From assembly GCA_050952625.1 (NCBI GenBank), contig JBMNLH010000001.1, positions 928,001 through 992,000 of the forward strand: a stretch of DNA of 64,000 bases, given 5' to 3'. Below, piece after piece: positions 11,664 through 22,639 of this stretch. The position numbers and the translations under genes were made by a program. Each line of letters starts with the position of its first letter. Within the stretch, counting starts at the first letter, position 1. The notes beneath the pieces were generated by a model, which saw only the letters and a program-made list of their open reading frames with translations, was not told the origin of the DNA and did not search any database. Source of the DNA: Bacillota bacterium. Its GTDB lineage: Bacteria > Bacillota > Ch66 > Ch109.

Positions 11664-11849
11664 TATTAAATCCTCCTGGACTCGTGGTATTATGTAAGTT
11701 TTTTAGATTGAGATAATGTAATTATAGTCGTTTGTTTTCCAGTAGTGCAAGCAGCCGACAAACTATAGTCTTCAGAATTTGAAGAGAACTTGTCAAGTAT
11801 CCTGGTTATCGATAAAATGGGGGTATCTTTAGATGGAGGAGAAAGCTTA

Positions 11850-12374
11850 ATGACAAATCACAATTTAAACAATCTGCTGACAGAGTTGAATGATCAAGAA
11901 TATGCTCAGCTATTAACGGCAGCGTCCAGATTTCTACAAGATTTAGATCATCGTTCCTTTGATGAGGCCATATCGAATACGGACACAGTCTCCGATGCGG
12001 TCTTAGCCATGGCAGTGCATTATTTCGTCAAAGAAATGGTACCTATTCCCGTTGAGGATATCGGGATGGCTAAGATTGAAAGAGCAGCCGCCGGTTCGGC
12101 TGAAAAACGCAAAGAATTGCTTACTTTGTATCTAGGCACCAGTTTGCTTGGTTATCAAAATACCGGCCAGTTTGCTGGTCTCTCTTTTGGGGCAACTGAG
12201 AAAGAGCTTTTCGCTACTTATGCAATTATTAAGGCTTTTTATGACTTAGACAATCCGCATCGTCCCAGTGCCGAGGCTGGTCGGGTATTCTTTTGGCCAA
12301 AACGGAGCTTAGAAGAGAAGCTTAAAGCCATTGTGATTAAACGTGGTTTGAATCAGCCTAGCCGATGGAGTTAG
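11850..12374 (+). CDS. Hypothetical protein
   Basis: GGAGGA RBS before ATG 11850; no recognisable motif. Confidence 0.6.
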   Translation: MTNHNLNNLLTELNDQEYAQLLTAASRFLQDLDHRSFDEAISNTDTVSDAVLAMAVHYFVKEMVPIPVEDIGMAKIERAAAGSAEKRKELLTLYLGTSLLGYQNTGQFAGLSFGATEKELFATYAIIKAFYDLDNPHRPSAEAGRVFFWPKRSLEEKLKAIVIKRGLNQPSRWS

Positions 12375-12414
12375 GATATTTCAGTTAGCAAAACCCGATT
12401 TTGGTGCTGACCGG

Positions 12415-12443
12415 CAGGAATAACAGAATAACTGGCGAATAAC
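12415..12443 (+). promoter_or_regulatory. SigmaH-type promoter
   Basis: GCAGGAATA...GCGAATAA spacing. Confidence 0.45.
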
Positions 12444-12469
12444 TGGACAGTGAATTCTCTTAATGAAGG

Positions 12470-13279
12470 ATGGTCAACTCCATCGTGTCTATTCGTTTTA
12501 TTTCGCTTTCTTCCAGCAGCCGATACGGGAATGCTTACCTCTTTGAAGGTCCTCAGGGAACCAGGATCCTAATTGATTGTGGAGTTAAGCTGCGTCGGAT
12601 GGAAAAAATTTTGGATGAATTAAGAGTAGATCCCCTATCCATTCAGGGTATATTTTTGACCCACGAACATTATGACCATATCGCTGCCTTGAAGTTACGG
12701 ATTCCCTTACCCCAAAGATATGGAATTCCGGTCTATGCTACCTCCCACTTGTGGTCAGTTATCAAGAAAACAATAGGGCCTCTCGACAGTTGCCTGGTTC
12801 GTCGGGTACCCCGAAATGCAACCTTAAGAGTAGGTGAGTTATCGATAACTAGCTTTGGCAAGCCACATGATGCAGTAGACCCGGTTAGCTTTTTGATTCG
12901 CACCAATAATGTTAAAGCGGCGGTGGTAACCGACTTAGGATGGGTTCCAGATTCTTTGATCGAACTTTTAAGGGGAACCGAATACTTGGTTTTCGAAAGC
13001 AACCATGACCAGGAGATGGAATTGAATTCTGGTCGTGATGATCGATTGGTGCAACGCGTATTAGGCAGTAACGGGCATCTTTCCAATCATCAAGCCGCTA
13101 GAGCCCTCTCTAAAATTATTAATCAGGATACTCGAGGGATAATGCTGGCTCATCTCAGCCTTGATTGCAACCAGCCTGACCTGGCCCAAAGAATAGTCGG
13201 TAAGGAACTGCGGGTAGTAAATTATCAAGGATTTTTGACCGTAGCCCCCGGGGATGGTCCTAGTAAGTGGTTTCCCTGA
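12470..13279 (+). CDS. MBL-fold metallo-hydrolase (YycJ/WalJ-like)
   Basis: THEHYDH, HDAVDP, TDLG, ESNHD, GHLSN, AHLS. Confidence 0.9.
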   Translation: MVNSIVSIRFISLSSSSRYGNAYLFEGPQGTRILIDCGVKLRRMEKILDELRVDPLSIQGIFLTHEHYDHIAALKLRIPLPQRYGIPVYATSHLWSVIKKTIGPLDSCLVRRVPRNATLRVGELSITSFGKPHDAVDPVSFLIRTNNVKAAVVTDLGWVPDSLIELLRGTEYLVFESNHDQEMELNSGRDDRLVQRVLGSNGHLSNHQAARALSKIINQDTRGIMLAHLSLDCNQPDLAQRIVGKELRVVNYQGFLTVAPGDGPSKWFP

Positions 13280-13321
13280 TCGCAACAGACATGGAATATC
13301 TCTGGGAAGAGGTGAGACTGG

Positions 13322-13945
13322 ATGGCCAACGTTTCAGGTTCTGCTATGGCAGCAGCAGCAGAAGTGTATCTTCGGGACGAGTTGAAGACTGGCACGTTAA
13401 GACACCAGTTATTTCCCATGTTAACCGGGTTCGGCATCCGGGACTATGCGGATACCGTACGAACTCTAGGGTTAAACTACGTAACTGAGATTGGCCGCCG
13501 GGTGCTGGGGATGACAGCGGTCTCTGAGTACCCAGTTTTTCCGCAAGGAAAGTACAATGCGCGGGATTATCGAGAGGTTAAACTGGGCTCGGTCTGGTTT
13601 GAAAAGTTAACCAATCAGCCTTTTTTGGTTGGTGAGTTTGAACGGTATGAAGAGGCGGTTGGCCAAACAAGCCGGTTGCGAGTCAGGGTGGAGGACCTGT
13701 TGCTGGGTTATCACCAGTTGGGTGCCCAACCCCAAATAGTCCTCCTGGTTTACTGGACCCTTAGCAAGACTAATCCTCCACGGGCCGATAAATTCATAAA
13801 ACTGTTGGAACAGGGGTTTTCTTTGCCTAATACGAGTTTGGTACCTGGGGTGATCGCAAGTAACACCAAGATTCTGGTCTATTATTGCTTAGCCTCAGGT
13901 ACCCGGGACAACCTGATACTCAACCAATGGATTGAGATAAAATAG
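13322..13945 (+). CDS. Hypothetical protein, possible degenerate PD-(D/E)XK fold
   Basis: SEYPV...KLGSVW...LVGEFER pattern; RBS GAGGTG. Confidence 0.55.
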   Translation: MANVSGSAMAAAAEVYLRDELKTGTLRHQLFPMLTGFGIRDYADTVRTLGLNYVTEIGRRVLGMTAVSEYPVFPQGKYNARDYREVKLGSVWFEKLTNQPFLVGEFERYEEAVGQTSRLRVRVEDLLLGYHQLGAQPQIVLLVYWTLSKTNPPRADKFIKLLEQGFSLPNTSLVPGVIASNTKILVYYCLASGTRDNLILNQWIEIK

Positions 13946-13953
13946 TGTTTAAA

Positions 13954-14808
13954 TTATATTAAATGTAGAATCCGGGCAGCATTTTGACCCAGAATTTTTT
14001 CCTTACTGGCTTCGGATATAGGTAATTCACGGATTTGCTGAATATTATTCTTAAGATCCGGGACGCCCGGCCAATCAGAAGCATAGATAATTTTATTAGC
14101 ATTACGTTCGAACTCGGGGAAGTAAGAAAGCAGCCGCTGGGGTGGCAAGCCGGCTATTTCCATATAGAGGTTTGGATGCAGTCGAGCCAAAAAGAAGGCT
14201 TGGTCATACCAAAATCCCCGTCCGCTGTGAACCATCAGCATATTTAGGTCTGGAAAATCTACCGCTAGATCGTCAAAGAATACCGGTTCGCCGTATTTGA
14301 GCCGCGCCCCTTTAAACACAGAGGATCCAGTATGAAACATGATCGGGATGCCTAGTTCCTGGGCTATTGAGTATAGGGGATAAAGCTTGTGATCATTAGG
14401 ATAGAAGTATTGGTAAGTAGGGTATAGTTTTAATCCCTTAAAACCTCGTTTAACCACTAACTCTTCAAGCAAACGAGCTGGACTAGTTTCCAAATAGGGA
14501 TTAATACAAGCAAAAGGGATCAGAGAGTCGTGTCCCTGACAAAATTCTTCGACTTGCTCATTAGTCGCTATTCCAGTCGTAATCGGCGATATCTCTGCCA
14601 AAATAACAGCGTAATCTACCCCGGATTCTTTTAGGAATTTAATAAATGTGTCCGGCTTTTTATATGTTTCGCGGTATTCGTCAAAAGATACCGGGTTCAT
14701 TCTCTTCATCCATGCCAGAGTGGAGGGGCTAAACCATTCGTAGTCTACCAGATGGACGTGGAAATCGATAACCAGGGATCGGTTAATTGATTGCTTTACA
14801 GGCTCCAT
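13954..14808 (-). CDS. Amidohydrolase_2 family protein
   Basis: IDFHVH, GLKLYP, FHTG, VHSG, YASDWP. Confidence 0.9.
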   Translation of the reverse strand: MEPVKQSINRSLVIDFHVHLVDYEWFSPSTLAWMKRMNPVSFDEYRETYKKPDTFIKFLKESGVDYAVILAEISPITTGIATNEQVEEFCQGHDSLIPFACINPYLETSPARLLEELVVKRGFKGLKLYPTYQYFYPNDHKLYPLYSIAQELGIPIMFHTGSSVFKGARLKYGEPVFFDDLAVDFPDLNMLMVHSGRGFWYDQAFFLARLHPNLYMEIAGLPPQRLLSYFPEFERNANKIIYASDWPGVPDLKNNIQQIRELPISEASKEKILGQNAARILHLI

Positions 14809-14900
14809 ACAGAAAAACCTCCTTGACTTCCAGAGAAAACGTCAGACCGCCGGGAACCAGCGGTCACAACCTATTAGTATTATAATTTGTTAAACCAGAC

Positions 14901-15689
14901 CTACCATTCCCGGCTACTACCGCCACCCCCACCAGAACCGCCGCCGCCAGAGAAACCACCGCCGCCTCCCCAGCCGCCGCCACCACCGCGGAATAACATG
15001 GATAAAATCAGTCCAAAGATAAAGCCGTCAAAAAACTGACGATCCAGGAAATAAAGGAGTACTAACCCTAGCACAATGAGTATTATTTGCCAGGTAGAAA
15101 GACTATTGCCGGTTGGTTGAGAGTTTAGCCTTTCTGGTTGCTGATTACTCATATTAAGGGTCACCTGATACTCGTTGGCGGTTTCCTGGGCTAAAGCAAG
15201 AAAACCGTTTAGGATTCCCTGATTGTAATCGTTCTGTTTGAAATAGGGGATCATGTAATCATCTTGAATCCGGCCGGTCTTGCCGTCTGGTAGGGCACCT
15301 TCCAGACCATAGCCCACTTCAATACGTGATTTTCGTTCTTCGGGAATCACCAGCATTACCAAACCGTTATTCAATTCCCGATCACCGACTCCCCAATCAC
15401 GTAAAATTCCCAAACCTAATTCTTCAAGCGGCCTATCCTCAGAACTCCTTAGGGTAACCACCACAATCTGAGCCTTGGTTTTTGCGGCCAGGTCCTGGTT
15501 TACACTGATTATCAGATCTTCAACCTGGGAACTAATAACCTGGGCCTCATCTAGGACATAAAAAGTAGCCGGGGGGCTTGGGATAGGGGAAGCAGCATTT
15601 AAGCCATTACTAATTGTCCCCAGGCAGAAGGTAATTAAACCAAGCATTAAGATAAGAACCAGGGACAGGCGTTTAAATCTGGTTTGCAT
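14901..15689 (-). CDS. TPM domain protein (YgcG/DUF477)
   Basis: RIEVGYGLEGALPD, TM helix, Gly-rich C-terminus. Confidence 0.92.
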   Translation of the reverse strand: MQTRFKRLSLVLILMLGLITFCLGTISNGLNAASPIPSPPATFYVLDEAQVISSQVEDLIISVNQDLAAKTKAQIVVVTLRSSEDRPLEELGLGILRDWGVGDRELNNGLVMLVIPEERKSRIEVGYGLEGALPDGKTGRIQDDYMIPYFKQNDYNQGILNGFLALAQETANEYQVTLNMSNQQPERLNSQPTGNSLSTWQIILIVLGLVLLYFLDRQFFDGFIFGLILSMLFRGGGGGWGGGGGFSGGGGSGGGGGSSREW

Positions 15690-15729
15690 ATTATCCTCCA
15701 GACTAACCTATTAACAATACACTGTAGAT

Positions 15730-16290
15730 TTACTTCGAAAAATCTACATTAGGGACTGTCTTGGCTTCTTCCTCAGCTCTAAAATATTCTCGGTCATCGA
15801 AGCCGAAGATACCTGCATAAACGTTAGTCGGGAATCGTTTGATTGTGGCATTATAGCTCTGTACTGCATCATTGTAATCTTTACGAGCTGTGGCTAAACG
15901 ATTCTCTGTTCCGGCCAGTTCATCTTGTAATTGTCGAAAGTTGGCATCAGCCTTCAGGGTCGGATAGTTCTCCACTACAGCCAATAATCGAGAGAGAGCT
16001 GAATTCATTGCCTGATCAGCTTCAAACGCTTCGGCGACTGATGCTGCTCCAGCCATTTTAGTTCGGGCATCAGCCAGTTGTGTGAAAATCTCCTGTTCAT
16101 GAGCGGCGTAGCCTTTAACTGTGTTGACCAGATTAGGAATAAGATCAGCTCTGCGTTGCAATTGGTTTTCTACCTGGCTCCATTTCCCATCAACGTTTTC
16201 GTTTAGGCCAACTAAGCTGTTATAACCGGAAATAAGTACCAAAGCTAGAACAACTACAACCCCTATGGTAATCCATACACCTTTTGACAC
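15730..16290 (-). CDS. lemA: LemA family protein
   Basis: QRRADLIPNLV, ENYPTLKA, TENR. Confidence 0.95.
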   Translation of the reverse strand: MSKGVWITIGVVVVLALVLISGYNSLVGLNENVDGKWSQVENQLQRRADLIPNLVNTVKGYAAHEQEIFTQLADARTKMAGAASVAEAFEADQAMNSALSRLLAVVENYPTLKADANFRQLQDELAGTENRLATARKDYNDAVQSYNATIKRFPTNVYAGIFGFDDREYFRAEEEAKTVPNVDFSK

Positions 16291-16462
16291 ATTTCCACCC
16301 TCCTATGATTTATTTATAATTAGTCTACGAGAATTAGCAACAATTGTCCACCCTTATTCCTAGTTTTACTACTTAAACTGTGAGCTGTCATTCCGTAGTC
16401 ATAATAGTATTGTAACACTTACAACGAAGGCAGCGTAAAATAGGTACACCAGGAATATATGA

Positions 16463-17560
16463 ATGGGTGGTGAAAGTATGGAAATTCGATATCGCTATAC
16501 GAAAGGTTCAGAACTAAACCATCATTATTTCGTCAATCAACGCGAACTTCCTCCAGTCGGAGCGGTTCATCTTCTTCAACCTTGGGATAAGCTGGTTGGT
16601 CCAAACAGACAATTCAATAATGGTCATCAGATTAATCCTACTGGAGGAATCCAAAACAGTATTGAGTCAATTGGAGGACACACCCTCCAATCAGGGGAAT
16701 GGGGAGGATATCAAAAATACAATGAGGTTGAGCGTGCCCGTCGAATTGCCGAGATTAACCGGGAATTAAATTCCCTAATTGGTCTGGATAAGGTCAAGAA
16801 ACTAGTAAGGGAGCTTCAGGCCTTTGTAGAAATACAACATAAAAGAGCCAGAGAACAACTGGCCACGGATCCTTTAGTATTGCATACTATTTTTAAGGGC
16901 AACCCTGGGTCAGGAAAAACCACGGTCGCTCGTCTGATCGGCCGGCTGTTTAAAGAGATGGGGGTCCTGCAAAAGGGGCACCTAGTCGAAGTGGAAAGAG
17001 CGGATCTGGTGGGAGAATATATTGGCCACACGGCCCAAAAAACCCGCGATCAGGTAAAAAGGGCCCTGGGAGGAATCTTGTTTATTGATGAAGCTTACTC
17101 ATTGGCCCGAGGGGGTGATAGGGACTTTGGTAAAGAAAGTATAGATGCACTGGTCAAGGCAATGGAGGATCACAAGGAAAATCTAATTCTCATTTTGGCT
17201 GGTTATCGGGAAGAAATGGATCGGTTTATCCGAGCCAATCCGGGAGTACGATCACGTTTCCCAATTCAAATCGACTTTCCCGATTATACGGTTGAGGAGT
17301 TAATGCAGATAGCCAATCTAATGTTGAGTCAACGTCAATACTGCCTATCTGTCGAAGCCCGGGCAGAATTAGAAAGAATCTTGGAGCATCATGTAAGGGT
17401 GGGGATGGGACACAACGGTAATGCCCGCTTGGTCCGCAACTTAATCGAACGGAGTATTCGTCGTCAGGCTGTGAGGTTGGTGCACCAAAAAGAAATAACC
17501 AGAGAGGATTTGGTTTTAATACGTCGTCAGGATATTGAGGTCAGAAATGGTGACGTGTAA
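16463..17560 (+). CDS. spoVK: Stage V sporulation AAA ATPase SpoVK
   Basis: GNPGSGKT, LFIDEAYSL, FGKESID, GNARLVRN; upstream of hflX. Confidence 0.9.
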   Translation: MGGESMEIRYRYTKGSELNHHYFVNQRELPPVGAVHLLQPWDKLVGPNRQFNNGHQINPTGGIQNSIESIGGHTLQSGEWGGYQKYNEVERARRIAEINRELNSLIGLDKVKKLVRELQAFVEIQHKRAREQLATDPLVLHTIFKGNPGSGKTTVARLIGRLFKEMGVLQKGHLVEVERADLVGEYIGHTAQKTRDQVKRALGGILFIDEAYSLARGGDRDFGKESIDALVKAMEDHKENLILILAGYREEMDRFIRANPGVRSRFPIQIDFPDYTVEELMQIANLMLSQRQYCLSVEARAELERILEHHVRVGMGHNGNARLVRNLIERSIRRQAVRLVHQKEITREDLVLIRRQDIEVRNGDV

Positions 17561-17599
17561 ACCCATGCCGGGTATGGTATAATCTGCTCAATTAATGAA

Positions 17600-18889
17600 A
17601 TGGGGGAGAGCCTTACGCAACAGATAAACCAGGCATTGACGGAAAAAGTTATTCTGGTAGGTCTGGAAACACCTAACGATCCGGATGGTCTTGTTTTACT
17701 GAAGGAATTGGGTAGGCTGGCGGATACAGCCGGTGCCCAGGTAGTTGATCAAATATTACAAAAACGTTTACAGCCCGATTCTAGCTTTTTTATAGGTCGA
17801 GGCAAGGCCGAAGAGTTACGGGAGCGATGTGCTGTTTTCGAAGCTGACTTGGTCATCTTTAATGATGAGTTAACCCCAGTTCAAGTGAGAAACCTGGAAC
17901 AAATTCTAAACTGCCGAGTTTTAGATCGGACTAATCTTATCTTAGATATCTTTGCCCAGCGGGCGCAGACCAACGAAGGGAAGCTTCAAGTTGAACTGGC
18001 GCAACTCCGTTATCTTTTACCTCGTTTAATAGGTCAAGGGATGAAGCTTTCTCGATTGGGTGCCGGCCTTGGCACCCGCGGACCTGGAGAAACCAAGCTA
18101 GAAACAGATAGACGTCATATACGCCGACGAATTCGGGTTTTGGAGCAGGAACTGGATAAAATTAGACAACGTCGTAAACTTCAACGTGAGCGACGAGAAC
18201 GTCTCGGATTACCAGTTATCGCCTTGGTGGGTTACACAAATGCGGGAAAAAGTACGCTGCTTAATCGACTGTCAAAAACAGAAACCTTGGCAGAAGACCG
18301 ATTGTTTTCCACTCTAGATACACTAAGTCGATTGGTGAAACTACCCGATGGTCGTTTGGTGCTGGTCAGTGATACAGTTGGTTTTGTTCGTAAACTACCG
18401 CATCACTTAGTTGCTGCCTTTCGGGCTACCCTGGAGGAAGTACGAGAGGCCGATTTAATCCTACATGTGATTGATCTTAGCAGTCCAGAAATGGAGATTG
18501 AAAAAAAGGCCGTTGAACAAGTTTTGCGAGAAATTGAAGCCGATAATAAGGCAACCCTTTTGGTTTACAATAAACTTGATTTATTGCCCGAGGATGGTGG
18601 AGATTGGATTGGTCTAGGCGAATCTGCCGCGGTGTTAATTTCAGCCCAAAAAGACCAAGGGATCCCAGAATTGCTTCAGCAAATAGCCCAAAATCTTCCG
18701 CGTCCTGGGGCTAAGGTGGCTTTGGAATTACCGCTGGCAGAAATTAGGTTTCTATCTTTGATTCATTCGCAGGGAAAAGTGTTTAGTCAGGAATATCAAG
18801 GTGATCGAATCCTGATAACCGCTTGGTTAGAGCCTCGGTTATTAACCCAGCTAAAGTCGTTTATCGTGAAAGAATATAGTGATAGATAA
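17600..18889 (+). CDS. hflX: GTPase HflX
   Basis: GPGETKLE, GYTNAGKS, DTVGF, NKLD. Confidence 0.97.
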   Translation: MGESLTQQINQALTEKVILVGLETPNDPDGLVLLKELGRLADTAGAQVVDQILQKRLQPDSSFFIGRGKAEELRERCAVFEADLVIFNDELTPVQVRNLEQILNCRVLDRTNLILDIFAQRAQTNEGKLQVELAQLRYLLPRLIGQGMKLSRLGAGLGTRGPGETKLETDRRHIRRRIRVLEQELDKIRQRRKLQRERRERLGLPVIALVGYTNAGKSTLLNRLSKTETLAEDRLFSTLDTLSRLVKLPDGRLVLVSDTVGFVRKLPHHLVAAFRATLEEVREADLILHVIDLSSPEMEIEKKAVEQVLREIEADNKATLLVYNKLDLLPEDGGDWIGLGESAAVLISAQKDQGIPELLQQIAQNLPRPGAKVALELPLAEIRFLSLIHSQGKVFSQEYQGDRILITAWLEPRLLTQLKSFIVKEYSDR

Positions 18890-18930
18890 AAAAGACTTAG
18901 GTTTTGGCCTAATTAGTCTGGAGGAAGAAA

Positions 18931-20322
18931 GTGAGTCATAGTAAAGTTGGATATTGTCCATATTTCAAGAAAATTGGAGTCGAAATGATTAACGCATCGG
19001 ATTTAATTGTGGAAAAGCCGGAGGATCTCCTCAAAGGTTTAATGCAACAAGTCTTAAATCATGAGTTTGAATTGTCACCGAAACTAATTCAATTGGCTGA
19101 AGAGGTCGAAGAGGAAATACAGTCTCAAGAAGCCCGAATTCGTCTTATCGTTACTTTGAATCAGCTCAGGGTGCTGCAAGCCTTTCGGGAGGCAGGTATT
19201 TCAGAATATCATCTCAAGGAAACAACCGGTTACGGTTATGGAGATATTGGACGAGAAGGGCTAGATCAGATATTTGCCCGGGTATTCGGGGCGGAAGCGG
19301 GATTGGTTCGCTTACAAATGGTTTCCGGCACTCATGCTCTGGCGGTGGCACTTTTTGGCAACCTCCGGGCCGGAGATGAATTAATCTCAGTAACCGGTGC
19401 CCCTTATGACACCCTAGCGGAAATAATCGGGATTAGTCAGGGTCCGCCGCCACCTGGATCCTTAAGCGAATTAGGGGTAATCTATCGTGAAATACCTTTG
19501 AAAAAGGGTCGACCGGATCTAGAAGCTGTTAACCGCACAATAGGCCCTAGAACAAGGATGGCTTTGATTCAACGATCGAGTGGATACTCTTGGCGACCCG
19601 GTTTGACTATTAGACAGATTAAAGAGCTGATCGATACCATCAAATCAATTAATCCTAATACCTTGGTACTAGTTGACAACTGTTACGGTGAATTTGTTGA
19701 GGAGCAGGAGCCGGGCATGGTCGGGTCGGACCTAACCGTGGGATCCCTGATTAAAAATCCGGGCGGAGGCTTAGCTCCTAGTGGCGGCTATATAGTTGGG
19801 CGACAAGATTGCGTTCAGGCAGCTGCTAGACGTTTGACTGCTCCTGGGATCGGGATGCACGTAGGGGCAACTCTAGGAGTCAACCGCTGGTTCTATCAAG
19901 GTCTATTTATGGCTCCTCAAATAGTTGGTCAAGCCTTGCGCGGGGCCTTATTTGCCTCTCGTCTGTTTCAAAGATTAGGCTATGAGGTTCAGCCCCAACC
20001 AAGTGATATTCGGGGAGATATTATTCAGGCGATAAAACTGAATACTCCTGAAGCTTTGGAAAGTTTCTGTCGGGTGATACAACAGTATTCTCCAATCGAT
20101 TCTACAGCCACCCCGGTTTTTGACGAACTCCCCGGCTATGATCATCAAGTTATTATGGCGGCTGGAACCTTTGTCCAAGGAGCCTCCTTGGAACTCAGTG
20201 CTGATGCTCCATTAAGTTCACCTTATATAGCTTTTTTGCAAGGGGGCCTTAGTTTTGATCATACCCGAATTGCGACGCTATGTGCCGCTCAAGCCCTTCT
20301 AAATGAGAGCATATCTTTATAA
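18931..20322 (+). CDS. YnbB-type methionine gamma-lyase family (aluminium resistance) PLP protein
   Basis: VSGTHAL, DNCYGEFVE, GSLIKNPGGG, ELSADAP; follows hflX. Confidence 0.92.
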   Translation: MSHSKVGYCPYFKKIGVEMINASDLIVEKPEDLLKGLMQQVLNHEFELSPKLIQLAEEVEEEIQSQEARIRLIVTLNQLRVLQAFREAGISEYHLKETTGYGYGDIGREGLDQIFARVFGAEAGLVRLQMVSGTHALAVALFGNLRAGDELISVTGAPYDTLAEIIGISQGPPPPGSLSELGVIYREIPLKKGRPDLEAVNRTIGPRTRMALIQRSSGYSWRPGLTIRQIKELIDTIKSINPNTLVLVDNCYGEFVEEQEPGMVGSDLTVGSLIKNPGGGLAPSGGYIVGRQDCVQAAARRLTAPGIGMHVGATLGVNRWFYQGLFMAPQIVGQALRGALFASRLFQRLGYEVQPQPSDIRGDIIQAIKLNTPEALESFCRVIQQYSPIDSTATPVFDELPGYDHQVIMAAGTFVQGASLELSADAPLSSPYIAFLQGGLSFDHTRIATLCAAQALLNESISL

Positions 20323-20338
20323 GAAAGAAGGTGAAAAT

Positions 20339-20824
20339 ATGGGCGAAATAGATTGGAAGGCAGTTTTAGCTCTAGTAGTGATGCTGGCGGGAATGGCCGG
20401 GACCGTTTTACCAGTAGTCCCCGGCATTCCAATGATTTTCTTAGCTATGTTCGGTTATGATTGGGCTAATGATTTTCAAATTCTCGGCATGTATTTTCTA
20501 GGGCTGATGCTGGCCTTGACAGTACTTAGCTTGGTGGCTGATTATTTGGCTGGTGTCTTTGGCGCTCAAAAATTTGGAGCTTCCATTTGGGGTAAGATTG
20601 GAGTTGTTGTCGGTGGCATCGTTGGTTTTGTATTCTTTCCTCCAATCGGCATATTTCTTGGTCCGCTGATAGGAGTGATTTTGGGAGAATTATTAGCGGG
20701 TAAACAGGCGCGGGAGGCTGTTCTAAGCGGTTGGGGCACTTTTTTGGGAATTTTAGCTGGGGTAGTAGCTCGTCTAACTATTGCTTGCATTATGGTAGTG
20801 GCGTTTCTGTTCAGAGTATTCTGA
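20339..20824 (+). CDS. DUF456 membrane protein
   Basis: G..LPVVPG, FGAS, GPLIG...GEL; hydrophobic; RBS AAGGTG. Confidence 0.85.
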   Translation: MGEIDWKAVLALVVMLAGMAGTVLPVVPGIPMIFLAMFGYDWANDFQILGMYFLGLMLALTVLSLVADYLAGVFGAQKFGASIWGKIGVVVGGIVGFVFFPPIGIFLGPLIGVILGELLAGKQAREAVLSGWGTFLGILAGVVARLTIACIMVVAFLFRVF

Positions 20825-21019
20825 TAAAATGGATCGGTAAAAAAACTTTTGCCTCGCTATACTCATAATGCAAAAACAAGGATTCAACTTTTAAAAAATC
20901 ATTCAAAGAAAAGAACAATTAAACATAGACACAATAATTAAAGAATAATTTTAATGTTTCTATTTGTTATGCATGGTCAAAGTTAATTATATTATCTATA
21001 TTAATTAAATCATGTAAAG

Positions 21020-21622
21020 CTAAAATCGCCGAATTAGTCCAATCACCTTACCTAAAATGGAAACCTCTTTGGTAATAATTGGTTCCAGAGTGGGGTTCTC
21101 TGGCTGTAATCGTATATAGCCCTCTTCACGAAAGAAACGTTTTACAGTAGCCTCTTCTCCGAGTAAGGCTACCACAATATCTCCGTCAGTTCCTGAATTC
21201 TGCTGACGAACCAGGACATAGTCTCCATCATAAATGCCGGCCTCATACATACTGTCTCCTCTAACCTTGAGCATAAACACCTTGTCTTCTCGGACAAAGT
21301 CTAAGGGCAAGGGAAAAACATCTTCCGTATTCTCCACGGCCAGAATGGGATCTCCGGCAGTAACTTTTCCTACTATTGGTACATTAATTACTTCTTTTTG
21401 GGACACGCCATCTTCAATTATTTCGATCGCTCTAGGTTTAGTCGGATCTCGACGGATATAACCGTATTCTTCCATCTGTCTTAGGTGCCCATGGACCGTT
21501 GAACTGGAACTTAATCCGACAGCCACACCAATTTCGCGGACAGAAGGGGGATAACCTTTGGTGCGCGTTTGTTTTTTTATAAAATCTAGAATTGCCTGCT
21601 GTCGGGGTGACAGATCTTTCAT
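21020..21622 (-). CDS. lexA: SOS repressor LexA
   Basis: [13 protein letters not shown] cleavage site, GDSM, TVKR; start MKDLSPRQ after GGGAGG. Confidence 0.97.
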   Translation of the reverse strand: MKDLSPRQQAILDFIKKQTRTKGYPPSVREIGVAVGLSSSSTVHGHLRQMEEYGYIRRDPTKPRAIEIIEDGVSQKEVINVPIVGKVTAGDPILAVENTEDVFPLPLDFVREDKVFMLKVRGDSMYEAGIYDGDYVLVRQQNSGTDGDIVVALLGEEATVKRFFREEGYIRLQPENPTLEPIITKEVSILGKVIGLIRRF

Positions 21623-21676
21623 ATTTTTCCCTCCCAGCCTTATTTTTTTTATTATAACATAAGTCTGTCCATTGGG

Positions 21677-21688
21677 AAACATTTGTTC
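21677..21688. promoter_or_regulatory. Probable LexA (Cheo) box at the lexA promoter
   Basis: AAAC-ATTT-GTTC versus GAAC-N4-GTTC, upstream of TGTTATAAT -10 on the minus strand. Confidence 0.6.
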
Positions 21689-21702
21689 TTTTGGACCTCA
21701 AG

Positions 21703-22500
21703 CTAAATTTTATGCTTAACTTTCCAAAGTTGATTAGTATCAATATTTTTAAGTGAACCTTGCAGTCGAGCGAAAATCCCCGGAATCTTTTGTTCTAGAT
21801 CAGCGATTATTTCTTTAATAACCTGGCGTTTTGTTTGACCATTAGCAGGACAAAAATTTTCAACTAATGGTAAATTCAAATTAGTCACTGCTTCTTGAAT
21901 AACTGCTTCTCGAATATAGACTAGTGGTCGGATTACCCTAAGATCTTGTCGAGTAAGATAGGTATTAGGTAAGAAGGTAGTGATGCGCCCCTCATAGAAC
22001 ATGCTCATCAAAAGTGTTTCTACGGCATCATCGGCATGATGGGCCAAAGCAACCTTATTACACTTAAGCTTTTTGGCTAAATTGTTCAAGGCACCCCGGC
22101 GAAGGTGAGCGCATAGGGAACAGGGATTACTTTCTTGGCGCTCCTCAAAAACAATCCGGCCTATTGCTGTAGCCTCAATATAAAATGGAACACTTAATTG
22201 ATGGCAAAATTCGACAAGACCAGTGAAATTTGAACCCCAACCTAGATCCAGAGTAATTGCCTTGAGTTTGAAATCAACCGGGGCAATCCGTTGTAGACGA
22301 GTAAGAAGCCAAAGCAAAAGGACGCTATCCTTGCCTCCTGATAAACCAACAGCTATTTGGTCACCTTCCTGAATCATTTGATAATCAGCGATTGCCTGTC
22401 CAAACTTTTTATTAAGTGCATTATGATATGAATGTTTCATAATCTTTCCTCCAGCAACACGTTCTGATTGAAAACTTTTATAATCGTTATTATCCGTCAA
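21703..22500 (-). CDS. ttcA: tRNA 2-thiocytidine biosynthesis TtcA family protein
   Basis: SGGKDS PP-loop, CSLC, RRG, HHADD, IRPL. Confidence 0.88.
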   Translation of the reverse strand: MTDNNDYKSFQSERVAGGKIMKHSYHNALNKKFGQAIADYQMIQEGDQIAVGLSGGKDSVLLLWLLTRLQRIAPVDFKLKAITLDLGWGSNFTGLVEFCHQLSVPFYIEATAIGRIVFEERQESNPCSLCAHLRRGALNNLAKKLKCNKVALAHHADDAVETLLMSMFYEGRITTFLPNTYLTRQDLRVIRPLVYIREAVIQEAVTNLNLPLVENFCPANGQTKRQVIKEIIADLEQKIPGIFARLQGSLKNIDTNQLWKVKHKI

Positions 22501-22639
22501 ATCATTTGAGAATACTGAGTGATATATCTTGTTATACCTAGCTTGAATAGCTTAATGGGTTAGAGTACAATGGGCTAAAGTATTGATCATAGACGCTGTT
22601 CTTATAAATATAATATCAAAATAATATGCTATCACAGAG

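Noticed and set aside
14918-14990. GC-rich triplet repeats
   Set aside because: Encode the normal Gly-rich tail of the TPM protein.
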